Positions 1-9,213 of a stretch of 33,876 bases of DNA are shown piece by piece. The number at the start of each line of letters is the position of its first letter. Within the stretch, counting starts at the first letter, position 1. Under the pieces are notes generated by a model, which did no database searches, was not told where the DNA came from, and was given only the letters and a program-made list of their open reading frames with translations. The stretch is from Bifidobacterium breve (lineage in GTDB: Bacteria; Actinomycetota; Acidimicrobiia; IMCC26256; PALSA-555): NCBI GenBank assembly GCA_945889545.1, contig CAMDCC010000002.1, positions 1-33,876 on the forward strand, written 5' to 3'. A program made the translations under genes and the position numbers.

Positions 1-129
1 ACCGAGGCGACTCCTGTCGGTACGGCGCGAATCGAAGACTTCCATCGGCTCAGCGTGCGCGGGGCCTCGGTGGATCGGCAGACTCGGATGGTGGATCTTG
101 GGTTTCGCGCGAACGCGAAGCGCCCGGCG

Positions 130-786
130 TTACTTCGGCTGTGGGGTGATGCGCAGGTAGGGCTTCAGTGTCTTGTAGCCGGGGAAGCGCTTCTCGGCGT
201 CTTCGTTGTTCACTGCGGTGGTGATGATGACGTCGTCGCCTTGCTTCCAGTCGGCTGGTGTGGCGACTTGGTGGTTGGCGTTGAGCTGGAGTGAGTCGAT
301 GACGCGCAGGATCTCGTCGAAGTTACGGCCAGTGGTCATCGGGTAGGTGAGGATCATCCGGACCTTCTTGTCGGGCGCGATCACGTACACGTTGCGCACC
401 GTCTGGTTGTCGGCCGGTGTCCGCTCCTTGGGATCGCCGCTCACGCCCCCGGGCAGCATGTCGTAGAGCTGCGACACCTTGAAGTCGTTGTCGCCGATGA
501 TCGGGTAGTTGGGCGCCGTGCCCTGGGTCTCCTCGATGTCCTTGGCCCACGCGTCGTGGTCGGTGGTGGCGTCGACGGACAGGCCCATCACTTTCACGTT
601 GCGCTTGTCCCACTCGGGCTTGAGCGCAGCGACGCGGCCCAGCTCGGTGGTGCAGACCGGCGTGAAGTCCTTCGGGTGCGAGAACAGCACGCCCCACTTG
701 TCGCCCAGGTACTCGTGGAAGTCGAGGGTGCCCTCAGTGGTCTCTGCAGTGAAGTTCGGTGCTTCGTCGCCCAGGTGGACTGCCAT
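130..786 (-). CDS. 1-Cys peroxiredoxin (AhpC/TSA, Prx6-like)
   Basis: ORF 130..942 trimmed to the ATG at 786 (MAVHLGDEAPNF...), which is preceded by GGAGG. Peroxidatic Cys motif DFTPVCTTE. About 218 aa, typical for the family. Confidence 0.9.
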   Translation of the reverse strand: MAVHLGDEAPNFTAETTEGTLDFHEYLGDKWGVLFSHPKDFTPVCTTELGRVAALKPEWDKRNVKVMGLSVDATTDHDAWAKDIEETQGTAPNYPIIGDNDFKVSQLYDMLPGGVSGDPKERTPADNQTVRNVYVIAPDKKVRMILTYPMTTGRNFDEILRVIDSLQLNANHQVATPADWKQGDDVIITTAVNNEDAEKRFPGYKTLKPYLRITPQPK

Positions 787-911
787 CGTTCTTGCCTCCG
801 TCGAATCCGAGATGAGTGGTGGGTGCCCGCACCTACGCTGCGAGGAGCCGCAGCCTAGACACGCGTTGGGGGCAAACACCAGTGACGAGGTCGGGATTCC
901 CGACGAGAGGA

Positions 912-2201
912 ATGCTGCGGCGCCTCGCGATCGACGTGACACCGCTGCGCGCGTCGCGAGACTTTCGCCTGCTGTGGTTCGGCGAGCTCGTCTCGTCGGC
1001 GGGGTCTCAGATCGCGTTGGTCGCCGTCTTCGTGCAGGTCTACGCGCTCACGAACTCGGTCGCCGCCGTCGGGCTGGTCGGGCTCGTGCGGCTGGTTCCC
1101 TTGGCACTGGCCACATTGCTCGGCGGCCCGATCATCGACACGCGCGACCGCCGACGCCTCCTGCTCATGGCCGAGATGGGCCAACTGTTGTCGTCCGCGG
1201 TGTTGATGGTTGGTGCCCTGATGGGGAAGCCGCCGGTGGCGCTCGTGTACGTGGGGGCCGCGCTGGTCTCGGGTTGCGGCGGCTTCGCAGCGTCGATTCG
1301 CTCCGCCATCTCCCCGAACCTCGTGTCGAAGCAGCAACTTCCGTCGATGGTGGCGCTGAATCAGCTCATGTTCAACAGCACGATGATCGTCGGTCCCGCG
1401 ATCGGAGGCTTGGTGATCGACGAGTTCGGTCTCGCGGTTGCGTACGGGCTCGACGTTATGAGCTTCCTCGCGGCTATTGTCAGCTGCTTCCTCATTCGGG
1501 CCCAGGTACCGACGCGCGAGTCGGTCGCGGCCGAGGTCGTAGGTGGCTCGTTCGCGAACGGCTGGTCACAGCTCACCGAGGGACTCCGGTTCCTGCGTGG
1601 CCAGCGCGTGCTCCAGTCGACGTTCTATGTCGATCTCATTGCCATGATCTTCGGGATGCCGCGCGCGCTGTTCCCGGTGCTCGCGGTCACCCAGTTCGGC
1701 GCGTCGAAGGCGACCCAGGGGTCAGTTGTAGGCCTGCTCTTCTCTGCCGTGGCCGTCGGCGCGGTCGTCGCGGCGCTCACGACCGGGTGGGTCCGACACG
1801 TTCGGCGTCATGGCCTGGCGGTTCTCTGGGCCGTCGCGATCTGGGGACTCGGCATCGTGCTGTTCGGGCTGTCCGGTGACTCACTTCCATTCGCGCTGGC
1901 GAGCCTCGCTCTCGCCGGCGCGGCCGATGTGGTGTCGGCCGTGTTCCGCGGCAGCATCCTGCAGTCCACGGTTCCCGACAACCTCCGAGGTCGCATGTCG
2001 TCGGTGCACATCCTCGTGGTGGTCGGGGGGCCGGGCGTCGGTGACGTCGAGGCCGGGCTGGTGGCCGCGGTCTTCAACCCCGTGGCCTCCGTCGTGATTG
2101 GCGGCGCGGTGTGCATCGCGGGCGTCGTGCTGTTGGCTCTTGCTGTGCCGGAGTTCGCGCGCTACCGCGCGCCGCACGTGAACGAAGGTGCGGGGTCCTG
2201 A
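912..2201 (+). CDS. MFS transporter (EntS/MFS_3-like)
   Basis: ORF 816..2201 trimmed to the ATG at 912 (MLRRLAIDVTPLRASRDFRLLWFGELVS...). Multiple hydrophobic helices throughout. The start choice avoids overlap with the divergent peroxiredoxin promoter region. Confidence 0.85.
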   Translation: MLRRLAIDVTPLRASRDFRLLWFGELVSSAGSQIALVAVFVQVYALTNSVAAVGLVGLVRLVPLALATLLGGPIIDTRDRRRLLLMAEMGQLLSSAVLMVGALMGKPPVALVYVGAALVSGCGGFAASIRSAISPNLVSKQQLPSMVALNQLMFNSTMIVGPAIGGLVIDEFGLAVAYGLDVMSFLAAIVSCFLIRAQVPTRESVAAEVVGGSFANGWSQLTEGLRFLRGQRVLQSTFYVDLIAMIFGMPRALFPVLAVTQFGASKATQGSVVGLLFSAVAVGAVVAALTTGWVRHVRRHGLAVLWAVAIWGLGIVLFGLSGDSLPFALASLALAGAADVVSAVFRGSILQSTVPDNLRGRMSSVHILVVVGGPGVGDVEAGLVAAVFNPVASVVIGGAVCIAGVVLLALAVPEFARYRAPHVNEGAGS

Positions 2202-2202
2202 C

Positions 2203-2967
2203 ATGTGTGGCCGATTCGTCGTTGCGTCTTCTCCACAGCTGCTTGCCGATCAATTCGAGGTCGATGAGGTCGTGGTCGAGTCGCCCGAGCCTCAGTACAA
2301 CGTGGCTCCGCGCCAGCAGGTGATGGTCGTGCGCCAGCGCGAAGAGTCGCGAGTGCTCTCGCAGCTGCGCTGGGGATTGGTGCCGTCGTGGGCCAAGACC
2401 GCGGCGATCGGTGACCGCATGATCAACGCGCGCGCTGAGGGTCTGGCCGACAAGCCGGCGTTCAAGCGCGCGTTCGCCAAGCACCGCTGCATCATCCCGG
2501 CCGACGGCTTCTACGAGTGGCAGGTCGTGGCGCCACCGACCACGCCGCCAAGCAAGCCACCGACCAAGCCAAAGGGCCGTCCGAAGAAGCAGCCGGTGTT
2601 CATCCACCGACGCGACGGCGAGCCGTTGGCACTCGCAGGCCTGTGGGCGGCGTGGAAGGTGCCCGAGGGTGTCCAGGTAGAGGGTGTGAAAGAAGATGGC
2701 TGGCTGCGGTCGTGTGTGATCGTCACCACGACACCGAACGAGCTGCTTGCACCGATCCACAATCGAATGCCGGTGGTGCTGCCGAAATCAGCATGGGCTC
2801 GGTGGCTGAATCCTGAAGATCACGACGTCGACGCGTTGGCGGAGCTGCTCGTGCCGCTGCCCAACGACGTGCTCGAGCTGTGGCCCGTGAGCACCCTGGT
2901 GAACAAGGCCGTGACGAACGTTCCCGAGCTCGTAAACCCCGTCGGCGAAGTCGTCAGGCACTCCTAG
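2203..2967 (+). CDS. SOS response-associated peptidase (SRAP/YedK-like abasic-site DNA-protein crosslink protein)
   Basis: Starts MCGRF (Cys2 nucleophile) at the ATG at 2203, 1 nt after the MFS stop. Conserved NVAP, RWGLVPSW, INARAE, FYEW and IHNRMPVVL segments. Confidence 0.9.
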   Translation: MCGRFVVASSPQLLADQFEVDEVVVESPEPQYNVAPRQQVMVVRQREESRVLSQLRWGLVPSWAKTAAIGDRMINARAEGLADKPAFKRAFAKHRCIIPADGFYEWQVVAPPTTPPSKPPTKPKGRPKKQPVFIHRRDGEPLALAGLWAAWKVPEGVQVEGVKEDGWLRSCVIVTTTPNELLAPIHNRMPVVLPKSAWARWLNPEDHDVDALAELLVPLPNDVLELWPVSTLVNKAVTNVPELVNPVGEVVRHS

Positions 2968-2977
2968 GCTTCGGTGC

Positions 2978-3718
2978 ATGGCTGACCTCGACTACATCAG
3001 TTCGATCCGCGACAACGCGTCGGCGCTGGCCGACGCGGCCGAGAGCGCGGGATGCGACGCCAACGTGCCGTCGTGTCCCGAGTGGACCGTCGCGGATCTG
3101 TTGGAGCACATGGGGACCGTGCACCGGTGGGCGGCCGCGAACTGCTCCCGTGCGCCATCGGATCAGTTCATGCGCTCGAGCGAGTCCGGCATCACCGCGC
3201 CTGCTGACCGCAGTGCGCGTCCGGTATGGGTGCGGGAGGGTGCCGCGCTGTTGACCGACACGTTGGCCGAGCATTCACCGGATGATCCGTGCTGGACGTT
3301 TGCGCCGCCGGCCACGGTGAGCTTCTGGAGCAGACGTCAGGCCCATGAGACCGCCATGCACCGGGTCGACGCGCAGCTGGCCGCCGGTCGGGCAGAGCCG
3401 ATCGACGCGGCGTTGGCGGCCGACGGCATCGACGAGTGGATGTTCCTGGTGTCGAACAGGCCGTGGGCGCGCGAGAAGATCGTCGGTACGGGGGAGACAA
3501 TTCACCTGCACTCCACCGATGTCGACGGTGAGTGGCTGCTTCGCCTCGCGCCGTCCGGGCTCGAGGTCGAGCGGGTGCACGCTAAGGGCGATGTTGCGGC
3601 TCGCGGCACGGCGAGCGACCTGCTCTGCTGGCTCATGGGTCGAGGGCCGTTGGAACAGCTCGAGGTGTTCGGCGACGAGGCGCTGCTCGCGCACTGGCGG
3701 GAGATCGCCACCTTCTGA
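2978..3718 (+). CDS. Maleylpyruvate isomerase family mycothiol-dependent enzyme (DinB_2/TIGR03083-like)
   Basis: N-terminal CPEWTVADLLEHMGTVHRW segment typical of the mycothiol-dependent DinB-like fold. About 246 aa with a C-terminal MDMPI_C-like region. Confidence 0.75.
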   Translation: MADLDYISSIRDNASALADAAESAGCDANVPSCPEWTVADLLEHMGTVHRWAAANCSRAPSDQFMRSSESGITAPADRSARPVWVREGAALLTDTLAEHSPDDPCWTFAPPATVSFWSRRQAHETAMHRVDAQLAAGRAEPIDAALAADGIDEWMFLVSNRPWAREKIVGTGETIHLHSTDVDGEWLLRLAPSGLEVERVHAKGDVAARGTASDLLCWLMGRGPLEQLEVFGDEALLAHWREIATF

Positions 3719-3766
3719 CGCCCGCGTGGCTGCCGAGACGACCAGCACGTCCGCTACCGTCGTGTG

Positions 3767-4495
3767 ATGAACATCTGGCTCGGTATTGCCGTCGGAGTGG
3801 TGACCGCGCAACTCGCGACGCTCGCCACCACGGTCTATTTCCACCGCGGGCTCACGCACCGCGCCCTCACGGTCCACCCCGCCGCCGCCTTCCCCTTGCG
3901 CGTGTTCCTCTGGATCAGCACCGGGATGCGCGCTCGGGAGTGGGTCGCCGTGCATCGCAAACATCACGCCGCGAGCGACACCCCTGCTGATCCGCACAGT
4001 CCAATTGTGTTGGGCTTCTGGCGCGTGCAGCTCGCGAATGCGGCGCTCTACCGCCGAGTGGCGCGCGACGGCGAGACCGTCGACAAGTACGCGCGCGACC
4101 TTCCGCCCGACCGATTCGACCGCTGGTTCTTCGACCGCGCATTTCTGGGGCTTGGGGTTGGCATCGCGATCGCCTGCCTGGTGTTCGGATGGAAGACCGG
4201 GCTTGTGGTCTCGGTGGTCCACGCAGTCACATATCTCATGATTTCAGGCGCGATCAACGCGGTCGGGCACACGTACGGAAGTCGACCGCACGACAACTTG
4301 GCCACGAACGGTCGCGTGCTTGCACTTCTCACCTTGGGCGAGGGGTTGCACAACAACCACCACAACGCACCCACCTCTGCGCGGTTCTCCGAGCGGTTCG
4401 GTGAGATCGACTTCGGCTGGTGGACCGTGCGACTCCTCGTCGCAGTGCGGCTCGTGAAGATCCGTCAGTTCAGCCGCGACACCGTCAACGCATAA
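3767..4495 (+). CDS. Membrane fatty-acid (acyl-CoA/acyl-lipid) desaturase family protein
   Basis: Three histidine boxes: HRGLTH, HRKHH, HNNHH. Hydrophobic N-terminus. ATG at 3767 (an in-frame GTG at 3764 is an alternative start). Confidence 0.8.
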   Translation: MNIWLGIAVGVVTAQLATLATTVYFHRGLTHRALTVHPAAAFPLRVFLWISTGMRAREWVAVHRKHHAASDTPADPHSPIVLGFWRVQLANAALYRRVARDGETVDKYARDLPPDRFDRWFFDRAFLGLGVGIAIACLVFGWKTGLVVSVVHAVTYLMISGAINAVGHTYGSRPHDNLATNGRVLALLTLGEGLHNNHHNAPTSARFSERFGEIDFGWWTVRLLVAVRLVKIRQFSRDTVNA

Positions 4496-4509
4496 CTAGC
4501 GCGGCGCAG

Positions 4510-5475
4510 CTACTTGGCATTGGGCGCGAGCGCCCGAACCACCTCGCGTACGTCTTCGCCAGTTCCGAGGATCGCGGGCGCGGGCGTGGTGACGCCGTTC
4601 GCCACGAAGCGGGCGAGATGCTCGCGGATTTCATCTGCGGTGCCGTGCACGATGATCTGATCGATGAGCTCGTCGGGGATCGCTTCGGTGGCGGCAGCCC
4701 GATCGCCGGCCTTCCACGCGTCCCACATCGGTGCGAGCATCGAGCCGCGTCCGAGCCACTCGTGGAACTGCGCGTACACCGGCACGTTCAGGTACGCCGC
4801 GATCGAGCGCCGGCCTACGAAGCGAACAAGGTCGCGGTCGGTGGTGGCGAGCACGAAGATGCGGGCAACGATCTCCTTGCCTTCGCCGACGTGCGGAACC
4901 ACCGTCTTCACATCCTCGGCCGAGAGCCAGTTGATGATGGCGCCGTCGCCCTCGCGTCCGGCGAGGCGCAACATCCCGGGCCGCAGCGCGGCCACGAGAA
5001 TGGGTGGCATCTGTTCAACGGCGGCACCGAGCCGGAAGCCCTTGACCGCGAACGTCTCGTACTCCTCGGTCACCTTCTCGCCGGCGAGCGCGGCGCGGAG
5101 GAAGCGGATCGTGTCGCGGACGCGCTGGTACGGCTTCTCGAACGGAATCCCATTCCAGTTCTGCACGATCACATCCGACGAAGTGCCGATCCCGAGCGCG
5201 AAGCGGCCCGGCGCGGCCGAGCACATCGCGGCGACCGTTTGGGCGATTGTGGCTGCGCCCCGCGTGTACGCGGGGACGATTGCGGTACCCAGCCGAAGTG
5301 TTGGAGCCCACGCAGCAGCGAGCGCCAACGGTGTGAACGCGTCGTACGCGCCGGCTTCGGCTGACCACAGGTCGGTGTACCCGAGTTGCTCGAGCTCCTC
5401 GAACCACGACTTGTGCTCGTGCAGTGGGATGCCATCGAACGGCACCGTGATGCCGTGGCGCTGCGGCACACTCAT
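4510..5475 (-). CDS. LLM class F420-dependent (luciferase-like) oxidoreductase
   Basis: 321 aa, MSVPQRHGITVPFDG...LGYTDLWSAEA...LRLGTAIVPAYTRG...LGIGTS, typical of luciferase-like monooxygenase/F420 oxidoreductases. Its start overlaps the upstream thioesterase stop (ATGA). Confidence 0.85.
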   Translation of the reverse strand: MSVPQRHGITVPFDGIPLHEHKSWFEELEQLGYTDLWSAEAGAYDAFTPLALAAAWAPTLRLGTAIVPAYTRGAATIAQTVAAMCSAAPGRFALGIGTSSDVIVQNWNGIPFEKPYQRVRDTIRFLRAALAGEKVTEEYETFAVKGFRLGAAVEQMPPILVAALRPGMLRLAGREGDGAIINWLSAEDVKTVVPHVGEGKEIVARIFVLATTDRDLVRFVGRRSIAAYLNVPVYAQFHEWLGRGSMLAPMWDAWKAGDRAAATEAIPDELIDQIIVHGTADEIREHLARFVANGVTTPAPAILGTGEDVREVVRALAPNAK

Positions 5476-6239
5476 CGTGCAGTCTCCTCATCAAACTCGG
5501 CGCGCCATTGGCGCACGATCACTGATTGGCTGGCCGTGGCGAGCAGTGTGCCGTCTTGCGCCCAGAGGTGCACGACGCCATGCCCGAATCCGCCAGCGAC
5601 GGCCTGCACTCGCACATCGATGAGCACCCATTCCGTGGGATGCACGCGCACCATGCGCAGCGTGTTGTCGAGGCTGTTCCCTGAGATCTGGCGGCCGAGC
5701 GATTGGCCGATCCCCATCGGCACATAGTCCCCAACGATCGCGAGCGCAGCGCCGGTCGCGGCGAGGCCATCCGGAAGACGGACCCACAGCGAGCAGCGGC
5801 CGTCTTCGAGCGGAGTGCCGTCCAGCTCTTCTATCGTTCGAAAGTTCGCGACGCGCATGTCGAGTCGCTCTGCGACCGTCCCCGCCATGCGGGCCGGCAG
5901 CGGGCGGGACGGACATTCGTCGGGAGGCGGCACGTCGGGGTGTACGGCCCACTCGCCTTCGAACGGGAGCTCACGACGTCCGAGGGCCGCAAGGACCGTG
6001 AAGATCTCCTGCCCGTCGACGTGAGCGAGCACGCGGGCTTGCGACGACGCGTGACCGTGGACGACTTCGGTCGCTTCGAGCTCGACGACAGCAGGCGGGC
6101 GCGCAAACTCGAGGTATTGCGCGGTCGCCCATATGAGCGGCCGTTCGGTGAGGTGCTCCAGGATCTCGATCGATGCACCGAGCGCGCATCCACCGAAGAG
6201 CGTGCCAAATCCTGAGCACAGGCCGCGTGTGACGGGCAT
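5472..6239 (-). CDS. Acyl-CoA thioesterase II-like (TesB family, double hotdog)
   Basis: FGG..LG.A motif region near the N-terminus and a C-terminal half similar to TesB (WVRLPDG..., DNTLRMVR, GFGHGVVHLW..DGTLLATASQ). Start taken at the only canonical start codon (see finding). Confidence 0.75.
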   Translation of the reverse strand: MPVTRGLCSGFGTLFGGCALGASIEILEHLTERPLIWATAQYLEFARPPAVVELEATEVVHGHASSQARVLAHVDGQEIFTVLAALGRRELPFEGEWAVHPDVPPPDECPSRPLPARMAGTVAERLDMRVANFRTIEELDGTPLEDGRCSLWVRLPDGLAATGAALAIVGDYVPMGIGQSLGRQISGNSLDNTLRMVRVHPTEWVLIDVRVQAVAGGFGHGVVHLWAQDGTLLATASQSVIVRQWRAEFDEETAR

Positions 6240-6320
6240 GCGCCATCGGCGCTCGTCGATCGGCTCGAGGCCGTAGAAGCTCAGGGCGTCGGAGGACAGC
6301 CCACGAGTCTACGGGGGCTG

Positions 6321-7304
6321 TCAGTCGGCGTCCGTGGCGGCGATCGCCCACGCGCGACCCCACGCGGGATCCTCGACGGCCAGGTGGAGGCGCCAGCCGG
6401 TCTCGGGCTCCTCGCTGTCCCACGCGACGAACTCGAGGGCACCGAGTGCCGAGCCGAGATCGTCGGGATGCGGTGGCCAGTCGTCGAGGAGACCGGTCAT
6501 CGCACCGAGCGCCCACCACGCACCGAATCGACCGGCGGCCGCTCCCGCCCGTCGGCCATGTGCGCCGCCGCTCGCACCGGCCCAGGCCATGAGCGCGAGC
6601 CCGTGCGCGGGTTCGATCGGTGCAACGCGTGCGGTTCGTGGTCCGAGGGCTGCGATCGCGTCGAGCGCGCCGCCGCGCACAGAGACCGCATCGGCGCGGC
6701 CGTCGGAGCCGGCAGTCCACGCGCGCACGAGCTCGAGGAGTGCGTCGCTCGCCTCGTCGCGCTCGATGTCGTCGTTCGGAGCGGGCAGTGTCTCGGGCTG
6801 CAACGCGGGGATCGGGGGCATCGGGAAGTCGGCTCGGTCCGAGTGGTATTCGGCGAGCGCGTACTCGGGTTCCCACTCTTCGAGTCGTAGCGAGACCTCG
6901 AGGACCGGCGGTCCAGGCAGATCGACGCCCGAGAGGTCTTCGCCGCGGAGCACGCGCTCGTGAGCTGCGAGCACGGCCGGCGCGCCGTTCGGCGCGTGCG
7001 GAACGAGCTCGGTCCACGTGTGCGCTTGCGCAACTACCTCAGGAAGCGGGCCGAGCGTGAATGGTGCGCCGTCGGCGTCCAACGTCGCGCCCGCGAGCTC
7101 GGCGGGTGCCTCGAGCGCGAGGCGATACGTCGCGTGCGACGCCGCGGGCCACAGCTGGCGGCCGGTCTCGTGCGCACGGGCGCAGCGCTCACGGAGCGCA
7201 ACGAGTGCGTCCCAGTCGCGAGCCGAACAGAGCCCGTCGATGAGTCGGACCAGCTCATCGAGGTCCGCTCGGCGGACTGCTTCATCGATCTCGGCACCGT
7301 GCAC
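6321..7304 (-). CDS. Hypothetical protein (Ala/Asp/Glu/Trp-rich, 327 aa)
   Basis: Long ORF with G/C-rich third codon positions and non-repetitive composition. I recognise no family motif. Divergent from the ABC exporter genes. Confidence 0.6.
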   Translation of the reverse strand: MHGAEIDEAVRRADLDELVRLIDGLCSARDWDALVALRERCARAHETGRQLWPAASHATYRLALEAPAELAGATLDADGAPFTLGPLPEVVAQAHTWTELVPHAPNGAPAVLAAHERVLRGEDLSGVDLPGPPVLEVSLRLEEWEPEYALAEYHSDRADFPMPPIPALQPETLPAPNDDIERDEASDALLELVRAWTAGSDGRADAVSVRGGALDAIAALGPRTARVAPIEPAHGLALMAWAGASGGAHGRRAGAAAGRFGAWWALGAMTGLLDDWPPHPDDLGSALGALEFVAWDSEEPETGWRLHLAVEDPAWGRAWAIAATDAD

Positions 7305-7361
7305 GTCCCCATCTTCCCCTCTTCGCGGGAGCCAGCAGGGGCAGGTGGCAGACTGCCGACG

Positions 7362-8357
7362 ATGAGCACGACATCTGCGATCGAGGTCGACGGGCTGGTG
7401 CGTCGGTTCGGCGAGTTCACCGCCGTCGACGATGTGTCGTTCACCGTCGAGCCGGGCGAGCTCTTCGGGTTTCTTGGCCCCAACGGTGCGGGCAAGACCA
7501 CCACAATCTCGATTCTGTGCACGTTGCTGCGACCCAGCGGTGGGTCGGCGCGTGTGGCCGGATTCGACGTTGCCACCGAGCCGGGGAGCGTGCGGTCGAG
7601 TATCGGACTCGTGTTCCAGGAGCTCACCCTCGACGACTACCTCACCGGTTCACAGAACCTCGCCTTCCATGCAGTGCTGTACGGCTATCCCGCCTCGGAG
7701 GTTCGTGATCGCGCTGCGCCGCTCCTCGAGATGGTCGGTCTCACCGACCGGGCCGACCAGCAAGTGCGCTTCTATTCCGGTGGCATGAAGCGCCGCCTCG
7801 AGATCGCTCGCGGCCTCCTGCACTCGCCGCGGGTGCTCTTCCTTGATGAGCCCACGATCGGCCTCGACCCGCAGACCCGTGTGCACATCTGGGACTACGT
7901 CGACACGCTGCGCCAGCGCGAGAAGACGACGATGTTCCTCACCACGCACTACATGGACGAGGCCGAGCGGTGTGATCGGATTGCGATCATCGATCAAGGC
8001 AAGATCGTGGCCATCGACACGCCGGACGCGTTGAAGGACTCGGTAGGCGACGACACCGTCACGCTGATGACGAGCGACGACGCAACCGCGCTCGAACAGA
8101 TCAAGACTGCACTCGGGATCACCGGTGAGCTCACCGAGAAGGGTCTGCGACTGCAGGTTCCCGAAGGAGAATCGTTCGTGCCGCGGCTTTTCGAGCACTT
8201 GACGGTCGAGGTTCAGAACGTGGCGATGCACCGACCGAGCCTCGACGATGTGTTCATCAAGTACACCGGTCGCGACATCCGCGACGCCGAAGCCGGCGGG
8301 ATGGATCAGCTCAAGGCGAGCGGGATGGTGCGCGGCTTTCGAAAGGCAGGAAGTTGA
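7362..8357 (+). CDS. ABC transporter ATP-binding protein (DrrA/ABC-2 exporter type)
   Basis: ORF 6960..8357 trimmed to the ATG at 7362 ([19 protein letters not shown]). Walker [10 protein letters not shown], signature YSGGMKRRL, Walker B LFLDEPT. Confidence 0.93.
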   Translation: MSTTSAIEVDGLVRRFGEFTAVDDVSFTVEPGELFGFLGPNGAGKTTTISILCTLLRPSGGSARVAGFDVATEPGSVRSSIGLVFQELTLDDYLTGSQNLAFHAVLYGYPASEVRDRAAPLLEMVGLTDRADQQVRFYSGGMKRRLEIARGLLHSPRVLFLDEPTIGLDPQTRVHIWDYVDTLRQREKTTMFLTTHYMDEAERCDRIAIIDQGKIVAIDTPDALKDSVGDDTVTLMTSDDATALEQIKTALGITGELTEKGLRLQVPEGESFVPRLFEHLTVEVQNVAMHRPSLDDVFIKYTGRDIRDAEAGGMDQLKASGMVRGFRKAGS

Positions 8358-9211
8358 TGGCCGACACCGCGGTGCGCGCACCGGATCTGACTGCAAGTGG
8401 CGCGGCCACGACGCGCCGCGACAGCGCGCTCCGACGGAACTACCGAGCGATGCTCATGGTCTGGCGGCGCGACATCATCCGGCTGTTCCGCATGCCGACT
8501 CGCTTGATCTCTGGAATAGCGCAACCGGTCCTTTTCTTGTTCGTGCTGGGCGCCGGGCTCGAGAGCGCGATCGGCAACCGGGGCGCGGGCGGCGTCGACT
8601 ACCAGCAGTACCTCTTCCCCGGCATCCTCGCGATGTCGGTGCTCACCTCGTCGCTGTTCTCGTCCATGGCGATCGTCTGGGACCGCGAGTTCGGGTTCAT
8701 GCGCGAGATGCTCGTCGCGCCGATCTCGCGTTCTTCGCTTGTTCTGGGCAAGGCGCTCGGTGGGGGATCGGTGTCGGTGATGCAGGGCTTGGTGCTCGTC
8801 GTCTTCGCGCCGCTCGTGGGAGTGTCGTTCACGGTCACGAGCTTCCTCGAGATGGTCGGCTTCCTCCTGCTCCTCGCGTTCTCCCTCACGGCGTTCGGCA
8901 TGGTGATCGCGAGTCGCATGCAGCGCATGGAGAGCTTCCAGATGGTGATGGCGCTCGTTATGCAGCCGATGCTGTTCCTGTCGGGCTCGATCTTCCCGCT
9001 CGATCAGTTGCCGGACTGGCTCGGTGTGATCACGCGGCTCAACCCAGCTACGTATGGCGTCGACGCGATCCGGCGCGCGGTGCTCCCAGGTGCCTCGAAG
9101 CTGGACGTCTTGGGGTGGACGGTTCCTCTGTGGGCCGACGCCCTCATCACGCTCGGGTTCGGAACGGCGATGCTGTTGTTGGCCGTGAAGCTGTTCGACC
9201 GAACGGAGTAG
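8354..9211 (+). CDS. ABC-2 type transporter permease
   Basis: ATGA start/stop overlap with the ATPase gene. Six predicted hydrophobic segments. Typical ABC-2 N-terminus (...RRDIIRLFRMPTRLISGIAQPVLFLFVLG). Confidence 0.9.
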   Translation: MMADTAVRAPDLTASGAATTRRDSALRRNYRAMLMVWRRDIIRLFRMPTRLISGIAQPVLFLFVLGAGLESAIGNRGAGGVDYQQYLFPGILAMSVLTSSLFSSMAIVWDREFGFMREMLVAPISRSSLVLGKALGGGSVSVMQGLVLVVFAPLVGVSFTVTSFLEMVGFLLLLAFSLTAFGMVIASRMQRMESFQMVMALVMQPMLFLSGSIFPLDQLPDWLGVITRLNPATYGVDAIRRAVLPGASKLDVLGWTVPLWADALITLGFGTAMLLLAVKLFDRTE

Positions 9212-9213
9212 TC

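Noticed and set aside
1-129. Possible minus-strand gene start (ATG at 45..43, MEVFDSRRTDRSRLG...) running off the left edge, and a 6-bp palindrome TTCGCG-cgaa-CGCGAA downstream of the peroxiredoxin stop
   Set aside because: Only 15 codons are visible, too little to call. The palindrome is short and lacks a U-tract, so a terminator call is unsupported.
55-294. 79-aa plus-strand ORF
   Set aside because: It is antisense to the 3' part of the peroxiredoxin gene and has no motifs.
5971-7017. 348-aa extremely Arg-rich minus-strand ORF, plus ORFs 6334..6963 and 6620..7060
   Set aside because: These are alternative frames of the 6321..7304 and thioesterase regions with implausible composition (more than 25% Arg by eye).
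8248-9213. N-terminal 322 codons of ORF 8248..10227 (would make a 659-aa fusion)
   Set aside because: It overlaps the ABC ATPase end and the whole permease gene in another frame. Homology to MDR reductases begins only at the ATG at 9214.
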